Shown: piece by piece, positions 1 through 13,284 of the stretch
How positions within the stretch are numbered: position 1 is the first letter of the stretch
Layout: each line of letters opens with the position of its first letter
DNA from: a bacterium
GTDB lineage: Bacteria > Acidobacteriota > Blastocatellia > HR10
Direction: 5' to 3'
Length of the DNA: 64,000 nt
Assembly: GCA_041640655.1 (NCBI GenBank)
Contig: JBEPZV010000005.1
Coordinates: forward strand, 32,001 to 96,000
Made by a program: the position numbers and the translations under genes
The notes under the pieces: model-generated
Told to the model about the DNA's origin: nothing
The model's database searches: none
Seen by the model: only the letters and a program-made list of their open reading frames with translations

Positions 1-1
1 G

Positions 2-1105
2 AAGCGAGAACAGGAATATCGTCAGCAGCGCGAGGAGTTCTTCGAGGCCGTGAAGCGACTCAACCGCCGAGAGTTCATGAAGATCGCCGGTCTGTCGGCG
101 GCGGTCTTCACGGCGAAGCAGGTCGTTCCCCCCCATTCGTTCCAAGTCGTGGACGTCGTGCGGGCCGATCCGCAGGAGAAGCCGCTCTTCCGCTTCGCCT
201 ACATCTCCGACACGCATCTCTATGAGCGGGAGTTGAACGAGCGCTTCGTCAACGCGGCGCTTCGGGCCGTGCGCGACGTCAATGCGCTGGATCCGCCTCC
301 TGATTTCGTCCTCTTCGGAGGGGATCTGGCGCAGCTCGGACAACCGAAGGAGTTGGAGTTGGGGAAGCAAATCCTGAGCGAGCTGAAGGTGCCCGTGAAG
401 ATGATGGTCGGCGAGCATGATTGGTTCCTCGATATGGGCGAGAAGTGGCGTGAGCTGTTCGGGCCCGAGAATTACTCGTTCGACCACAAGGGGGTGCACT
501 TCATCGTCCTGATGAGCGTGAACGAGAAGGACTTCTGGACCGAGCGGAAGATGACGCCGATGGAGCGCATGCTCACGGTCGCGCAGCTCGACAATCCCAT
601 CCAGAGTCGGTTCGAGGTGGGCGAAGAAGGGCGCGAGTGGCTGCGGCGCGATCTGGCGCGGGTCTCCAAGGACACGCCCATCATCATCTTCTCCCACTCG
701 CCGCTCTACAAGTACTATCGCCCGTGGAACTTCTGGACCGAGGACGCCGAGGCGATTCACGAGATGCTCTTCCCCTTCAAGTCGGTGACGGTCATTCACG
801 GCCACACGCATCAGCTGCTGACTCATCGGATTCAGAACATTCACTTCCACGGGATGCTCTCGACGGCGTGGCCGTGGCCTTACGCTCCGGAGGGCTTGCC
901 CAAGTTGACCGTGCCCATGGAGCGGCCCGATCCCTTCGATGAGGCCGATGGGACGGGGTGGGGCACGGTGGACGTGCATCGTGATGGCTATGTGGACAAG
1001 CACTACAACCTCTGGAGCCGAAATCCGATCACGGTCGCCAAGGCATATCTGGAATCGTGGGGCAAGGAGGCCGTCCCTCCGATTCCCGAATTTCCACCGT
1101 ATTAG
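2..1105 (+). CDS. Tat-exported calcineurin-like metallophosphoesterase (5' end probably outside the window)
   Basis: Twin-arginine motif NRREFMK; metallophosphoesterase motifs SDTH, GGDL, GEHD, FSH, HGHTH. The frame is open back to position 2 (KREQEYRQQREEFFEAVK), so the true start is likely upstream of the window. Confidence 0.85.
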   Translation, partial: KREQEYRQQREEFFEAVKRLNRREFMKIAGLSAAVFTAKQVVPPHSFQVVDVVRADPQEKPLFRFAYISDTHLYERELNERFVNAALRAVRDVNALDPPPDFVLFGGDLAQLGQPKELELGKQILSELKVPVKMMVGEHDWFLDMGEKWRELFGPENYSFDHKGVHFIVLMSVNEKDFWTERKMTPMERMLTVAQLDNPIQSRFEVGEEGREWLRRDLARVSKDTPIIIFSHSPLYKYYRPWNFWTEDAEAIHEMLFPFKSVTVIHGHTHQLLTHRIQNIHFHGMLSTAWPWPYAPEGLPKLTVPMERPDPFDEADGTGWGTVDVHRDGYVDKHYNLWSRNPITVAKAYLESWGKEAVPPIPEFPPY

Positions 1106-1118
1106 ATGGGAGGAGGCG

Positions 1119-1724
1119 ATGAGGACAGCGAAATGGTTTCTCCTGGTCGCGGGGATTCTGGGGATCGCGCTTGTCGCGACATCGTGGGATCGGTCGGCCG
1201 CCGGCGCGCAGGAGTCGAAGCCATCCGGCGGCTCCGATCGCCTCGTCGTGCAGCTCTGTGATGGCGAGACGAAATTGGAGATCGCCGATGCGCGCGCGGG
1301 CGAGGTCCTGCCGCCCGAGAAAGCGCGCGAAGTGGCGCGCCGCATGATGGCCGCCTACGCCGAACAGCAGGCCAAGCAAGTCTCCAAATGGACGGCGCGC
1401 GATCGCTTGACGTGGGAGCGCGAGCAGAAGCGCGTGATCGAGGAGGGGTACAAGCTCTTCCATGATTGGAAGGCGCTGGGGGGCACCATCGGCATCTCCT
1501 GCGATATGTGCCATCCAGATGCGGCGGCGACGCATCCGGAGACCTATCCGAAGTTCCAGACCCAGCTCAAGCGCGTGGCCACCTTGCGCGACATGATCAA
1601 CTGGTGCATCGAGAATCCCATGAAGGGGAAGCCCCTGCCGCCGGACGATCCGCGCATGATCGCGCTCGAAGCCTATATCACGAGCACGCGCAAGGGCGTG
1701 CCACTCGAGCCTGGGAAACATTGA
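1119..1724 (+). CDS. Secreted monoheme c-type cytochrome, SoxA/TsdA-like domain
   Basis: AGGAGG RBS at 1111-1116; signal peptide; CDMCH heme motif followed by YPKF...TLRDMINWCIENPMKGKPL...MIALEAY, which resembles SoxA/TsdA heme domains with a candidate Cys axial ligand. Confidence 0.75.
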   Translation: MRTAKWFLLVAGILGIALVATSWDRSAAGAQESKPSGGSDRLVVQLCDGETKLEIADARAGEVLPPEKAREVARRMMAAYAEQQAKQVSKWTARDRLTWEREQKRVIEEGYKLFHDWKALGGTIGISCDMCHPDAAATHPETYPKFQTQLKRVATLRDMINWCIENPMKGKPLPPDDPRMIALEAYITSTRKGVPLEPGKH

Positions 1725-1833
1725 CGCTCGAAGGGCTCGGCGCGCGCTCGCGCCGGGGCCCTTTCAGGCGTGTGAGCGGAATAGGGACCCGACGGGGCGC
1801 GCGCGGCCTCTGGGCTATTTGTCGGGCGGAATC

Positions 1834-1852
1834 GCCGACCGGCCCGGTCGGC
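1834..1852 (-). promoter_or_regulatory. Putative bacterial SECIS hairpin for U74 (in the 3' UTR)
   Basis: Minus strand GCCGACC-GGGCC-GGTCGGC perfect stem begins 11 nt 3' of the second in-frame UGA; the loop starts with G. Confidence 0.6.
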
Positions 1853-1854
1853 CT

Positions 1855-2085
1855 TCACACCCCTCAGGTCCCTCCGAAGCCGATGGTCACCCGCTCGCCT
1901 TCCACGATCACGGGCACGCTGCGCTTGCCCCCCGAATAGTGGAGCATGCGTTGGAAGGCCGACTCGTCCTTCTGCACGTTGAAGTAGTGGACGTCGTATC
2001 CGCGTTGGCCGTAGTCCTCACGGGCGGCCGTCGTATACGGTCAGGTGTCTTTGCCGAAGATGAGCACGATCTTCTTCTGCTCCAT
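1855..2085 (-). CDS. Glutaredoxin-like selenoprotein with two predicted selenocysteines (U15, U74), UXX-stop type
   Basis: GGAGGTGAGGAG RBS then ATG at 2085. Translation: MEQKKIVLIFGKDTUPYTTAAREDYGQRGYDVHYFNVQKDESAFQRMLHYSGGKRSVPVIVEGERVTIGFGGTUGV*. It has glutaredoxin hallmarks (UPYT at the CPYC position, SVPVI cis-Pro motif, IGF). In-frame TGA codons lie at 2041-2043 and 1864-1866. Absent from the supplied ORF track. Confidence 0.85.
2007..2029 (-). promoter_or_regulatory. Putative bacterial SECIS hairpin for U15
   Basis: Minus strand GGCCG-CCC-GTGA-GG-ACTA-CGGCC begins 11 nt 3' of the first in-frame UGA; the apical loop starts with GU. Confidence 0.6.
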
Positions 2086-2117
2086 CACTCCTCACCTCCG
2101 CTTCCCAGGCATCTGGC

Positions 2118-5348
<3,231 letters not shown>

Positions 5349-5541
5349 AGCCCCCGTTCGCGCGAATGGAGAGTATGGCGTATTGTGGCTCGAGAGAGCA
5401 AGAGGAAGGGCGGATCCTGATCTGGGCGGTTTCCATTCCCTTATTGACAAATCAGGCCGCTTTATGCTATCTAGTGGCGCTGCCATGAAGATACGGAAGC
5501 GCCGGTTGTGGTCTTTTTTTCTGCCGCGAGGGGAAGAGCAT

Positions 5542-7404
5542 ATGTTACGACGGGTCGTCAGCGGACTCATCGGGATACAGCTTGGCCTTTTTTCGAGCGT
5601 CGCGGCCTTGTCGCCGGTGAGGGGGGAGTTCGAGGCTCGCGCTGCGGCTGCGCCACAGGGGGAGCTGCGCCCGGAAGCCTCTCCGCCATCGGCTCAGGAG
5701 GCGCAGCTCCATGCCCTCATTCAGCGCGCTGAGGCTCTGTTTCGACAAGGGGAGGCGGCCTACCGCCAGGGGGATTTCGTGCGCGCGCGCGAGGCGTTCG
5801 ATCGCGCGGTGGACGTGATCTTGGAGGCGCGCGTGAACGTGTCCGCCTATCCGCAGCTCCTGGCGTACTATCGTTCGCTGATCGAGCGCATCCACGCTTA
5901 TCAATTGGAAGCCGCCATGCAGGGCGCGGAGTTCCGACAACAGTATGAGCCGTCGCTCTTGGAGGAGCTGGCCAAGATCGAGTTGGGGAGAGAAGACATC
6001 GAGGCAGGGGCGCGCGAGACGGAGGAGATCACGCTGGACTTTCCGGTGACGATCACCCCTGAAGTCCGGCAGTTCATCCACTACTTCACGCGGAACCCCA
6101 AAGGGCGGGCGACGATGGAGGTGGGCTTGCGGCGCGCCGGGCGATATCTGGAGTTGGCGCGGCGCATCTTCCAGGAGGAAGGGGTCCCGCTGGACCTGGT
6201 GTGGCTGGCTCAGGCCGAGAGCAATTGGCGCCCCCATGCCCGCTCTCCGATGAATGCGCAGGGGATTTGGCAGTTCATTCCGGGGACGGGGGCCAAGTAT
6301 GGATTGCGGCAGACCAGTTGGCTGGACGAACGTTCCGGGCTGGAGCAGCCCACGCGCGCCGCCGCCCGCTACTTGAAGTTCCTCTATGAGCGCTACTTGG
6401 ATTGGCCCCTGGCCCTGGCCGCCTATAACTGTGGGGAGGCGACCGTGGATCGAGCGATCGCCGCCTCCGGATATGCCGATTTCTGGTATCTGCACCGCAA
6501 TCGCCTGCTGCCGGCTGAGACCCGCAATTATGTTCCCATCATCTTGGCGATCATCGCGATCGCGAAGAATCCGGAGCGCTACGGCTTCACCGACATTGAG
6601 CCGGAGCCGACTCTGGAGTATGAGACCGTGCCCGTCCAAGGACCGATTGACGTGCGCTTGATCGCCGAGGCAGTAGGCACGACGCCCGAGCACATCCGTG
6701 ACCTCAATCCCGAACTCAAGCGTGGATACGTGCCGCTGGGAGAGACCTACACGGTGCGTGTGCCGGTGGGTACGGGCGAGCAGCTGATCGCCCTGCTGGA
6801 GCGTGTGCCCGTGGGGAATCGAGATTCTTGGCGCATCCACAGCGTCGCGGAAGGGGAGACGCTTCAGAGCATCGCCGAGGAACATCGCGTGAGCGCCGAA
6901 GAGATCGCGCGGGTGAACGATTTGGGGGCTGAAGCGAGGCTCCCGGCGGGCACGCGACTGATCATCCCGACGTCGGTGCGGCGCCAGCCTCTCAGGAGCG
7001 TGCCGGGCGTAGAGCTGGCGCGCCTCTCGGTCGTACGCCTGACCATCCGCGTGCGTCCGGGAGATACGATGACGCGCATCGCGGCGCGCTACGGCCTCTC
7101 GGCTCGTGATATCGCGCGCCTCAACGGCCTGAGCCCGCGAGCGAAATTGCGCGCTGGTCAAACGCTGGTCATCGCCGTGCCCTCGGAGCGAGTGAAACGA
7201 TCGAACGTGTCCAGGACGTCTTCTCGAACCAAGAGTCTCGCTCCCGCGCGCGGACGTCGCTTTACATATCGCGTGCGTCCTGGGGATACGCTCCTGGAGA
7301 TCGCCAATCGGTATGAGGTGACAGTCGCTGATCTTCGTCGGTGGAACCGCCTCTCGGGCGACCTCATCAAACCCGGACAGATCTTGGTGATCTATCGGCA
7401 GTGA
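5542..7404 (+). CDS. Lytic transglycosylase (SLT domain) with three LysM domains, MltD-like
   Basis: Signal-like N-terminus [11 protein letters not shown] motifs [24 protein letters not shown]; LysM repeats (VAEGETL, VRPGDTM, VRPGDTL). TTGACA at 5444-5449 upstream. Confidence 0.9.
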   Translation: MLRRVVSGLIGIQLGLFSSVAALSPVRGEFEARAAAAPQGELRPEASPPSAQEAQLHALIQRAEALFRQGEAAYRQGDFVRAREAFDRAVDVILEARVNVSAYPQLLAYYRSLIERIHAYQLEAAMQGAEFRQQYEPSLLEELAKIELGREDIEAGARETEEITLDFPVTITPEVRQFIHYFTRNPKGRATMEVGLRRAGRYLELARRIFQEEGVPLDLVWLAQAESNWRPHARSPMNAQGIWQFIPGTGAKYGLRQTSWLDERSGLEQPTRAAARYLKFLYERYLDWPLALAAYNCGEATVDRAIAASGYADFWYLHRNRLLPAETRNYVPIILAIIAIAKNPERYGFTDIEPEPTLEYETVPVQGPIDVRLIAEAVGTTPEHIRDLNPELKRGYVPLGETYTVRVPVGTGEQLIALLERVPVGNRDSWRIHSVAEGETLQSIAEEHRVSAEEIARVNDLGAEARLPAGTRLIIPTSVRRQPLRSVPGVELARLSVVRLTIRVRPGDTMTRIAARYGLSARDIARLNGLSPRAKLRAGQTLVIAVPSERVKRSNVSRTSSRTKSLAPARGRRFTYRVRPGDTLLEIANRYEVTVADLRRWNRLSGDLIKPGQILVIYRQ

Positions 7405-9080
7405 GGGCGTTCCTTCTCTCTGTCAAGGCATTGGCGGAGGGCGTGCGCCAGTGACCGCAGATCATAGGGCTTCAGGAGCCATCCGTCGGCCGCCTCCCAA
7501 GGGAAGTCTTTGAGCTGATCCTTCGAGCCGTAGCCCGTCATGGCGAGAATCCGCACCTGCGGATTGATCCGGCGTAATTCCTCAAGGACGCGAGCACCGC
7601 TGATCTCCGGCAGTACGACGTCCAGGAGGACGAGCCGAATCTCCTCACGATGTCGGGCATAAACTTCAATGGTTTCTCGACCATCGCGCGCGATCCAGAC
7701 GCGGTAGCCGAGGCGCTCAAGCAGGCTCTGCCCGAGTTTCAAGATCGTCGGATCATCCTCGACGAGCAAGAGCGCCTCGCCACCTCCGGCGGGTATTTGC
7801 TCTTCTGCTTCAGCACTGGCGCCAGCTGCCGACTCTTCGGCAATGGGCCAAAAGATGTGAAAGCTCGTGCCCTGTCCCGGTTCGCTCTCGACCTCGATCC
7901 ATCCGCCATAAGAGTGGACGATCTCCCGGACGATGGAGAGACCGAGGCCGGTCCCCGTCCTCTTGGTTGTGAAGAAAGGGTCGAAGATGCGGGGGAGGAT
8001 GTCTGGGGCGATCCCGGCGCCTGTATCGCTGACGGAGAGGCGAACGTAGGGGCGGTGTTGCACACGTGTGCGAATCGGGGCGCGAAAAGTCTCTGGCCAC
8101 ACCCGTTCCGTATGCAGGCGAAGGCGTCCACCCTGCGGCATGGCATCGCGCGCGTTGAGGATGAGATTGAGCAGGACTTGCTGAACGTGGGTCGGATTGG
8201 CCTCTATGGTGATCGCTTCAGGAGCCAGGTCGAGTTCAATCTGGATACTCTCGGGGATCGTGCGACGCAGAAACGCCGTGAAGTCCTTCACAAGGGCATG
8301 AAGCGCGCACGTCCGTTCGGCGCTCTCCTCAGGGCGGCCCAGCAGCAACAATTGCCGCACCAGATCGCGCGCGCGTTGACTCAAGGTGAGAACCTGATGC
8401 AGGTGGAGGACGGTCTCTTCACGATCCCCACGCTCCGATCCCAGTTGCGCGAGCGCCAACTCCGTGAACCCCAGAATGCCCGTGAGCAGGTTGTTGAAAT
8501 CATGAGCGATGCCGGTCGTCAAGGCACCGAGCGCTTCCATCTTCTGCGCGTGCCGAAGCTTCCGGTGTAGTTGCTGAATGACCTCTTCGCGACGGCTTCG
8601 CTCCAGCTCCTTCGCCAGACAGCTTCCTATGAGCTCAAGCAGCGCGCGCTCGGTTTGGGTGAATTGCCGGGGCTCGGCGGCATAAACGGCCACGATGCCG
8701 AGGACTTCGCCACCGACGCGCTCTTTGAGCGGCAGGCCCAGATAGCACTCCGCCCTCCCGGTTCGCAGCACCTCATCCTGCGGGAAGAGCCTCCACGCAT
8801 TTCGATCACACGTATAGGGATGCCCCTCATCAAGGATTCGCTCGATCGGCGTCCCTTGAATGGGGAGCGTTCCATTATGCTCGATGAACCCGCCGCGATA
8901 CCAGCTCAAAACCTGAAGCGTTCGCGCATCTCCTTCATAACGGCCCAGGAGGACGCCGGAGACTCCAAGCAGCTCGGCCACGGCGGTCACAGCGCCATCA
9001 AAGAACGCCTGCCCTGGGCCGCAGCTCAGTATCCCGTGGATGCGCTCGAGCACTTTCACGACACCCGCATGTTCACTCAT
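7392..9080 (-). CDS. Hybrid sensor histidine kinase (GAF-HisKA-HATPase-REC)
   Basis: H-box GIAHDFNNLL; N box NLILNARDAMP; G boxes DTGAGI and GTGLGLS; C-terminal receiver (LLVEDD, LLDVVLP, KP). The start is uncertain (ATG at 9080 or 9188). Confidence 0.9.
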   Translation of the reverse strand: MSEHAGVVKVLERIHGILSCGPGQAFFDGAVTAVAELLGVSGVLLGRYEGDARTLQVLSWYRGGFIEHNGTLPIQGTPIERILDEGHPYTCDRNAWRLFPQDEVLRTGRAECYLGLPLKERVGGEVLGIVAVYAAEPRQFTQTERALLELIGSCLAKELERSRREEVIQQLHRKLRHAQKMEALGALTTGIAHDFNNLLTGILGFTELALAQLGSERGDREETVLHLHQVLTLSQRARDLVRQLLLLGRPEESAERTCALHALVKDFTAFLRRTIPESIQIELDLAPEAITIEANPTHVQQVLLNLILNARDAMPQGGRLRLHTERVWPETFRAPIRTRVQHRPYVRLSVSDTGAGIAPDILPRIFDPFFTTKRTGTGLGLSIVREIVHSYGGWIEVESEPGQGTSFHIFWPIAEESAAGASAEAEEQIPAGGGEALLLVEDDPTILKLGQSLLERLGYRVWIARDGRETIEVYARHREEIRLVLLDVVLPEISGARVLEELRRINPQVRILAMTGYGSKDQLKDFPWEAADGWLLKPYDLRSLAHALRQCLDREKERPHCR

Positions 9081-9194
9081 ACATTCGAACGTTTTGTCTA
9101 TATGCTCCGCGAAGGTACTAATCTCACAACAGACTTCCCTCTCACGCGCTTGGCGATTTCTCTCGCTAATGTGGTCATATTGCCCCACTTTCTG

Positions 9195-10157
9195 TCATGT
9201 CTTCGAGGTGAGGATTTCCGCGAGGCGCGTGGGAGCGATATTCCCCCCGCTCAGGAGGGCGACGGTCGGACCCTGTGGAGTCACGCGTCCTGAGCGGAGC
9301 GCGGCAATACCGACGGCTCCCGAGGGCTCGACGACGAGCTTCTCCTCGCGCGCGAGCCAAGCGACAGCTTCTGCGACCGCTTCGTCGGTGACCAGGACGA
9401 TGTCGTCCACGTATCGTTGGATGAGCGAGAACATGAGCGTCCCTGGGCGCGTGGCCGTCAGCGCATCGCAGATGGTGCGGGTCTCGGGGATCGAGACGAT
9501 CGTCCCGGCCTTGAAAGAGAGATAGGTAGCATTGGAGCCCTCCGGTTGAACGCCGATGACCGAAGCGCGAGGATTTCGTTCCTTCACAGCGAGTGCGATG
9601 CCGGCGATCAATCCTCCGGTGCTGATAGGCACGAGGATGGTCAACGTCTCCGGGAGTTGCTCCAGGATCTCGGCTCCGATCGTGCCGTGCCCGATGACGA
9701 CGTTGGGGTCCTCCAGATGGTTGATCGCGATGAGCCCGCGTTCGGTCTCCAATCGCCGCAGCGTCTCAAAGCGCGCTTCGAATCGGTCTTCGCACCAGAC
9801 GATCTCCCCGCCGAAGCGAGCCGTGCGCTCGGCTTTGAAGGGGGACGTCTTGCGCATCATCACCAGAACCGTAGGGACGCCGAGCTGCTGGCCCATGTAG
9901 GCGAAGGCCGTGGCGAAGTTGCCCGAGGACGTGAGGGCGACGCCACGCCGTCGCGCGTCCTCGCCCAGGCGATGGAGCAGGGTGAAAGCCGCGCGCGCCT
10001 TGTAACTCCCTGTGATCTGCAGGTTCTCGCATTTCAACCAGATCGGATGGCCGAATGTGGCCGACAGCTCTTCGCTCCGAAGAAGCGGCGTTCGCCGAAT
10101 ATAGGGCGGAAGCTCCGCGCGCGCCCGCTCGATGTCAGACCCGGTGACCTCGCTCAT
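9195..10157 (-). CDS. PLP-dependent threonine/serine dehydratase family protein
   Basis: LKCENLQITGSYKARAA PLP-lysine motif, SSGN, STGGL, VEPSGA, LSGGN. Confidence 0.9.
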   Translation of the reverse strand: MSEVTGSDIERARAELPPYIRRTPLLRSEELSATFGHPIWLKCENLQITGSYKARAAFTLLHRLGEDARRRGVALTSSGNFATAFAYMGQQLGVPTVLVMMRKTSPFKAERTARFGGEIVWCEDRFEARFETLRRLETERGLIAINHLEDPNVVIGHGTIGAEILEQLPETLTILVPISTGGLIAGIALAVKERNPRASVIGVQPEGSNATYLSFKAGTIVSIPETRTICDALTATRPGTLMFSLIQRYVDDIVLVTDEAVAEAVAWLAREEKLVVEPSGAVGIAALRSGRVTPQGPTVALLSGGNIAPTRLAEILTSKT

Positions 10158-10213
10158 CGCTCTCCCTCCCGACGGGGCCGATTATACCACATCAGGTCGA
10201 AATCTTAGGGAAC

Positions 10214-10242
10214 TTGCCCTCCCCATTCCGCGTTGATATGCT
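10214..10242 (+). promoter_or_regulatory. Putative sigma70 promoter for the M16 peptidase pair
   Basis: TTGCCC-N17-TATGCT. Confidence 0.45.
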
Positions 10243-10347
10243 TGGTTCGCAGGTTATGAACGGAGGGCTTCCAGGAGGCGAGCCGCCTGGCGATCTTCGT
10301 CGAGTGTGGTTTCGCCTTCGGGAGGTGCCCGATCGGGAGGGGGACCG

Positions 10348-11718
10348 ATGAGCGTCCGAAAAAATCTTCGCACCTTTGTGGTGATCATCGCTTTAGCGAC
10401 CACCGCAGTGGCTCAGAGGCCGAAGGCCGTTAAGGTCAACTTCACGGACGTGCGCTTGGACAATGGCCTGCGGGTGATCTTGGTGGAGGATCACAGCGCG
10501 CCGGTCGTCTCGCTCTGCGTCACGTACAATGTGGGATCGCGCAACGAGCGTCCGGGACGTACGGGATTCGCGCACTTGTTCGAGCACATGATGTTTCAAG
10601 GTTCGGAGAACGTGGGCAAGGGCGAGCATTTCTACCTCATCTTCAACAACGGTGGGACGATGAACGGAACGACCAACGAAGAGCGGACGAATTACTTCCA
10701 GACGGTACCGGCCAATCAGCTCGATCTGGTGCTCTTTCTGGAGGCCGATCGCATGCGAAGCCTCGACGTGAGCCAGGAGAATCTCGACAATCAGCGGCAG
10801 GTCGTGCAGGAGGAGCGGCGGCTCGGCGTGGACAATCAGCCCTATGGGCGCAGTCGAGAGAAGTTGCAGGAGCTGCTCTACGACAACTTCGCCTACAAGC
10901 ATTCGGTCATTGGTTCGATGGCGGATCTCAACGCGGCGACGCTCGAGGACGTCCGGGAATTCTTTCGCATCTACTACGCCCCGAATAACGCCGTGTTGAC
11001 GCTCGTGGGGGATTTCCGGACAGCGGAAGCGCTGGCGAAGATCCGGCAGTATTTCGGGAAGATCCCGCGCCAGCCCAATCCTCCGCCGGTAGATGTGACC
11101 GAGCCCAGGTTGACGGCGGAACGGCGGGCGACGGTCGAGGATCCGCTGGCGCGGCTCCCGCGCCTGGACATCGCCTTCAAGACGGTGCCAGGGAATACGC
11201 CGGACTTCTACGCGCTTCAGATTCTGGCGAACGTCCTGCATGGTGGGCAGAGCTCGCGGCTCTATCAGAAGCTCGTGCGGGAGAAGGAGCTGGTGACGCA
11301 GGTCGGGGGATTCATGGACGAGAAACGCGGCCCGGGGGGATTTTACATCACGGCGACGCTCCGGCCGGGCAAGCGCGTGGAGGACGTCGAGGCGGTGATC
11401 GCCGAGGAGATCGAGCGCGTGCGACGCGAGCCCATCGCCGATTGGGAGTTGGCGAAGGCCAAGAATACGGCCCGCCGCGCCTTCATCAGCGCGATCGCCA
11501 GTTCGCTCTCGCGCGCCATCTTGCTCGGCCAATATGCCGTCTACTATGGCGATCCCAACCTGATCAACACCCGGCTTGATCGGCTCATGGCCGTCACCAA
11601 AGAGGATGTGCGGCGCGTGGCGGAGCGCTATTTGCGCCCGGACAATCGCGTCATCGTCATCACTATGCCCAAGGCCGCGCCGCTGCCCACATCCGGTCAG
11701 GAGGAGGGAGGACGATGA
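10348..11718 (+). CDS. M16 family zinc peptidase, catalytic subunit
   Basis: Signal peptide; TGFAHLFEHMMFQGS (HxxEH); YYAPNNA; GGAGG RBS. Confidence 0.92.
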   Translation: MSVRKNLRTFVVIIALATTAVAQRPKAVKVNFTDVRLDNGLRVILVEDHSAPVVSLCVTYNVGSRNERPGRTGFAHLFEHMMFQGSENVGKGEHFYLIFNNGGTMNGTTNEERTNYFQTVPANQLDLVLFLEADRMRSLDVSQENLDNQRQVVQEERRLGVDNQPYGRSREKLQELLYDNFAYKHSVIGSMADLNAATLEDVREFFRIYYAPNNAVLTLVGDFRTAEALAKIRQYFGKIPRQPNPPPVDVTEPRLTAERRATVEDPLARLPRLDIAFKTVPGNTPDFYALQILANVLHGGQSSRLYQKLVREKELVTQVGGFMDEKRGPGGFYITATLRPGKRVEDVEAVIAEEIERVRREPIADWELAKAKNTARRAFISAIASSLSRAILLGQYAVYYGDPNLINTRLDRLMAVTKEDVRRVAERYLRPDNRVIVITMPKAAPLPTSGQEEGGR

Positions 11719-13211
11719 ACACTCGACGGTGGAGCCTTTCGCTGGGCGTAGTGCTTGTGCTCTCCGGCTCGTGGGTGAGAGCGCAGGCGCCGAGTGGACC
11801 ACAACTGCCCGGTCCGGCGACTCAATCTTTGAAGGGCGTGGTTCTGAAGAGGAAGGCGCCGATCAATCGCGAGATCCTGCGCGTGCGCTTGCCGCGGCCG
11901 CAAGAGGCGCGGCTCAAGAACGGCCTGGAGGTCCTGCTTCTTGAGGACCATCGTATCCCGACGTTCTCGATGCAGATGGTGATCCTCAGCGGAGGATTGG
12001 CCGATCCGTCCGATCATCGAGGACTGGCGCAGTTCACGGCGGCGCTCTTGCGCGAGGGGACGAAGCGACGCACGAGCCGAGAGATCGCGGAACAATTGGA
12101 GGCGCTGGGAGCGAGCTTCACGGCAGCCAGCGGTCTCTCGTCATTGACGAGTGTGGTGAGCGTCTCCGGACTGGTCGAGAGCATGGACGAGGTGCTCGAT
12201 CTCTTCGCCGACATCATTCGGAACCCCACGTTCCCGCCCGAAGAGGTCGAGCGGTATAAGACGCGCACGCTCGCGCAGCTTCAGCTTCAGCGGACGATCC
12301 CACAGCTTCTCGCTCAGGAGCGCTTCAATCGCGCGCTCTATGGGGAGCATCCGGCCGGATGGACGATCCCTCCGGTGGATTCGATCCGGCGGCTCACCTC
12401 GGACGCGCTCGCTCGCTTCCATGCCGCGCACTATCGCCCGAACAACGCCTTCCTGGCCGTCGTCGGTGATGTGACGCTTCGCGAACTGCTTCCCAAGCTC
12501 GAGCGGTTCTTCGGGGATTGGGAACCCGCCGAGGTCCCCCCGCTGATGATCCCCTCGGTCACTCCGCCCTCAGCGCGAAAAGTCTATCTCGTTCACCGGC
12601 CGGAGTCGGTGCAGACCGTCCTGCAATTGGGCGTGTTGGGGATCACGCGCACGGATCCGGATTATTTCGCCGTGCTCGTCGCCAATCGCATCTTCGGAGA
12701 CGGGCCGGCGGCGCGCCTCTTTCTGAACCTGCGCGAGGACAAGGGGTACACGTACGGAGCCTACAGCACCTTCACCAGCTCGAAGTTCCCCGGTGTTTGG
12801 GGGGCGGGCGCTGCCGTCCGAACCGAAGTGACCGAGGGCGCGATGCGAGAATTCCTCTATGAGTTGCAGCGCCTGCGCGAAGAGCCCGTCTCGGCCGAGG
12901 AGCTGGAGAATGCCAAGCGGGCGCTCGTCGGCAGCTTCGCCCTCTCGCTCGAGCGTCCAGAGGAGCTGCTGCAGAACATCATCACGCAGAAGATCTACAA
13001 TCTGCCCGCCGATTATTGGGACACATATCCGCAGAAGGTCTTCGCCGTCACGGCTGAGGATGTGCAGCGGGTCGCGCGAAAGTACTTCGATCTGGAGCGC
13101 ATGCAGATTGTCGCCGTCGGCGATGCGCGGCGCATCCGTGAAGTCCTGGCTCAATATGGACCGCTCGAGGTCTTGGATGCGGAAGGGCGTCCCCTCTCTG
13201 CGCTCAACTGA
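11715..13211 (+). CDS. M16 family peptidase, non-catalytic partner subunit
   Basis: ATGA overlap with the upstream gene; M16 fold motifs (LKNGL, HYRPNNA, LREDKGYTYG) but no HxxEH. Confidence 0.9.
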   Translation: MNTRRWSLSLGVVLVLSGSWVRAQAPSGPQLPGPATQSLKGVVLKRKAPINREILRVRLPRPQEARLKNGLEVLLLEDHRIPTFSMQMVILSGGLADPSDHRGLAQFTAALLREGTKRRTSREIAEQLEALGASFTAASGLSSLTSVVSVSGLVESMDEVLDLFADIIRNPTFPPEEVERYKTRTLAQLQLQRTIPQLLAQERFNRALYGEHPAGWTIPPVDSIRRLTSDALARFHAAHYRPNNAFLAVVGDVTLRELLPKLERFFGDWEPAEVPPLMIPSVTPPSARKVYLVHRPESVQTVLQLGVLGITRTDPDYFAVLVANRIFGDGPAARLFLNLREDKGYTYGAYSTFTSSKFPGVWGAGAAVRTEVTEGAMREFLYELQRLREEPVSAEELENAKRALVGSFALSLERPEELLQNIITQKIYNLPADYWDTYPQKVFAVTAEDVQRVARKYFDLERMQIVAVGDARRIREVLAQYGPLEVLDAEGRPLSALN

Positions 13212-13284
13212 AGGGCGGCAAGGGCTATCGGCCGAGGGCGCGTGATCTGCCAGCTGGAACCAGAGAACAGGCGAGACGCGCTCG

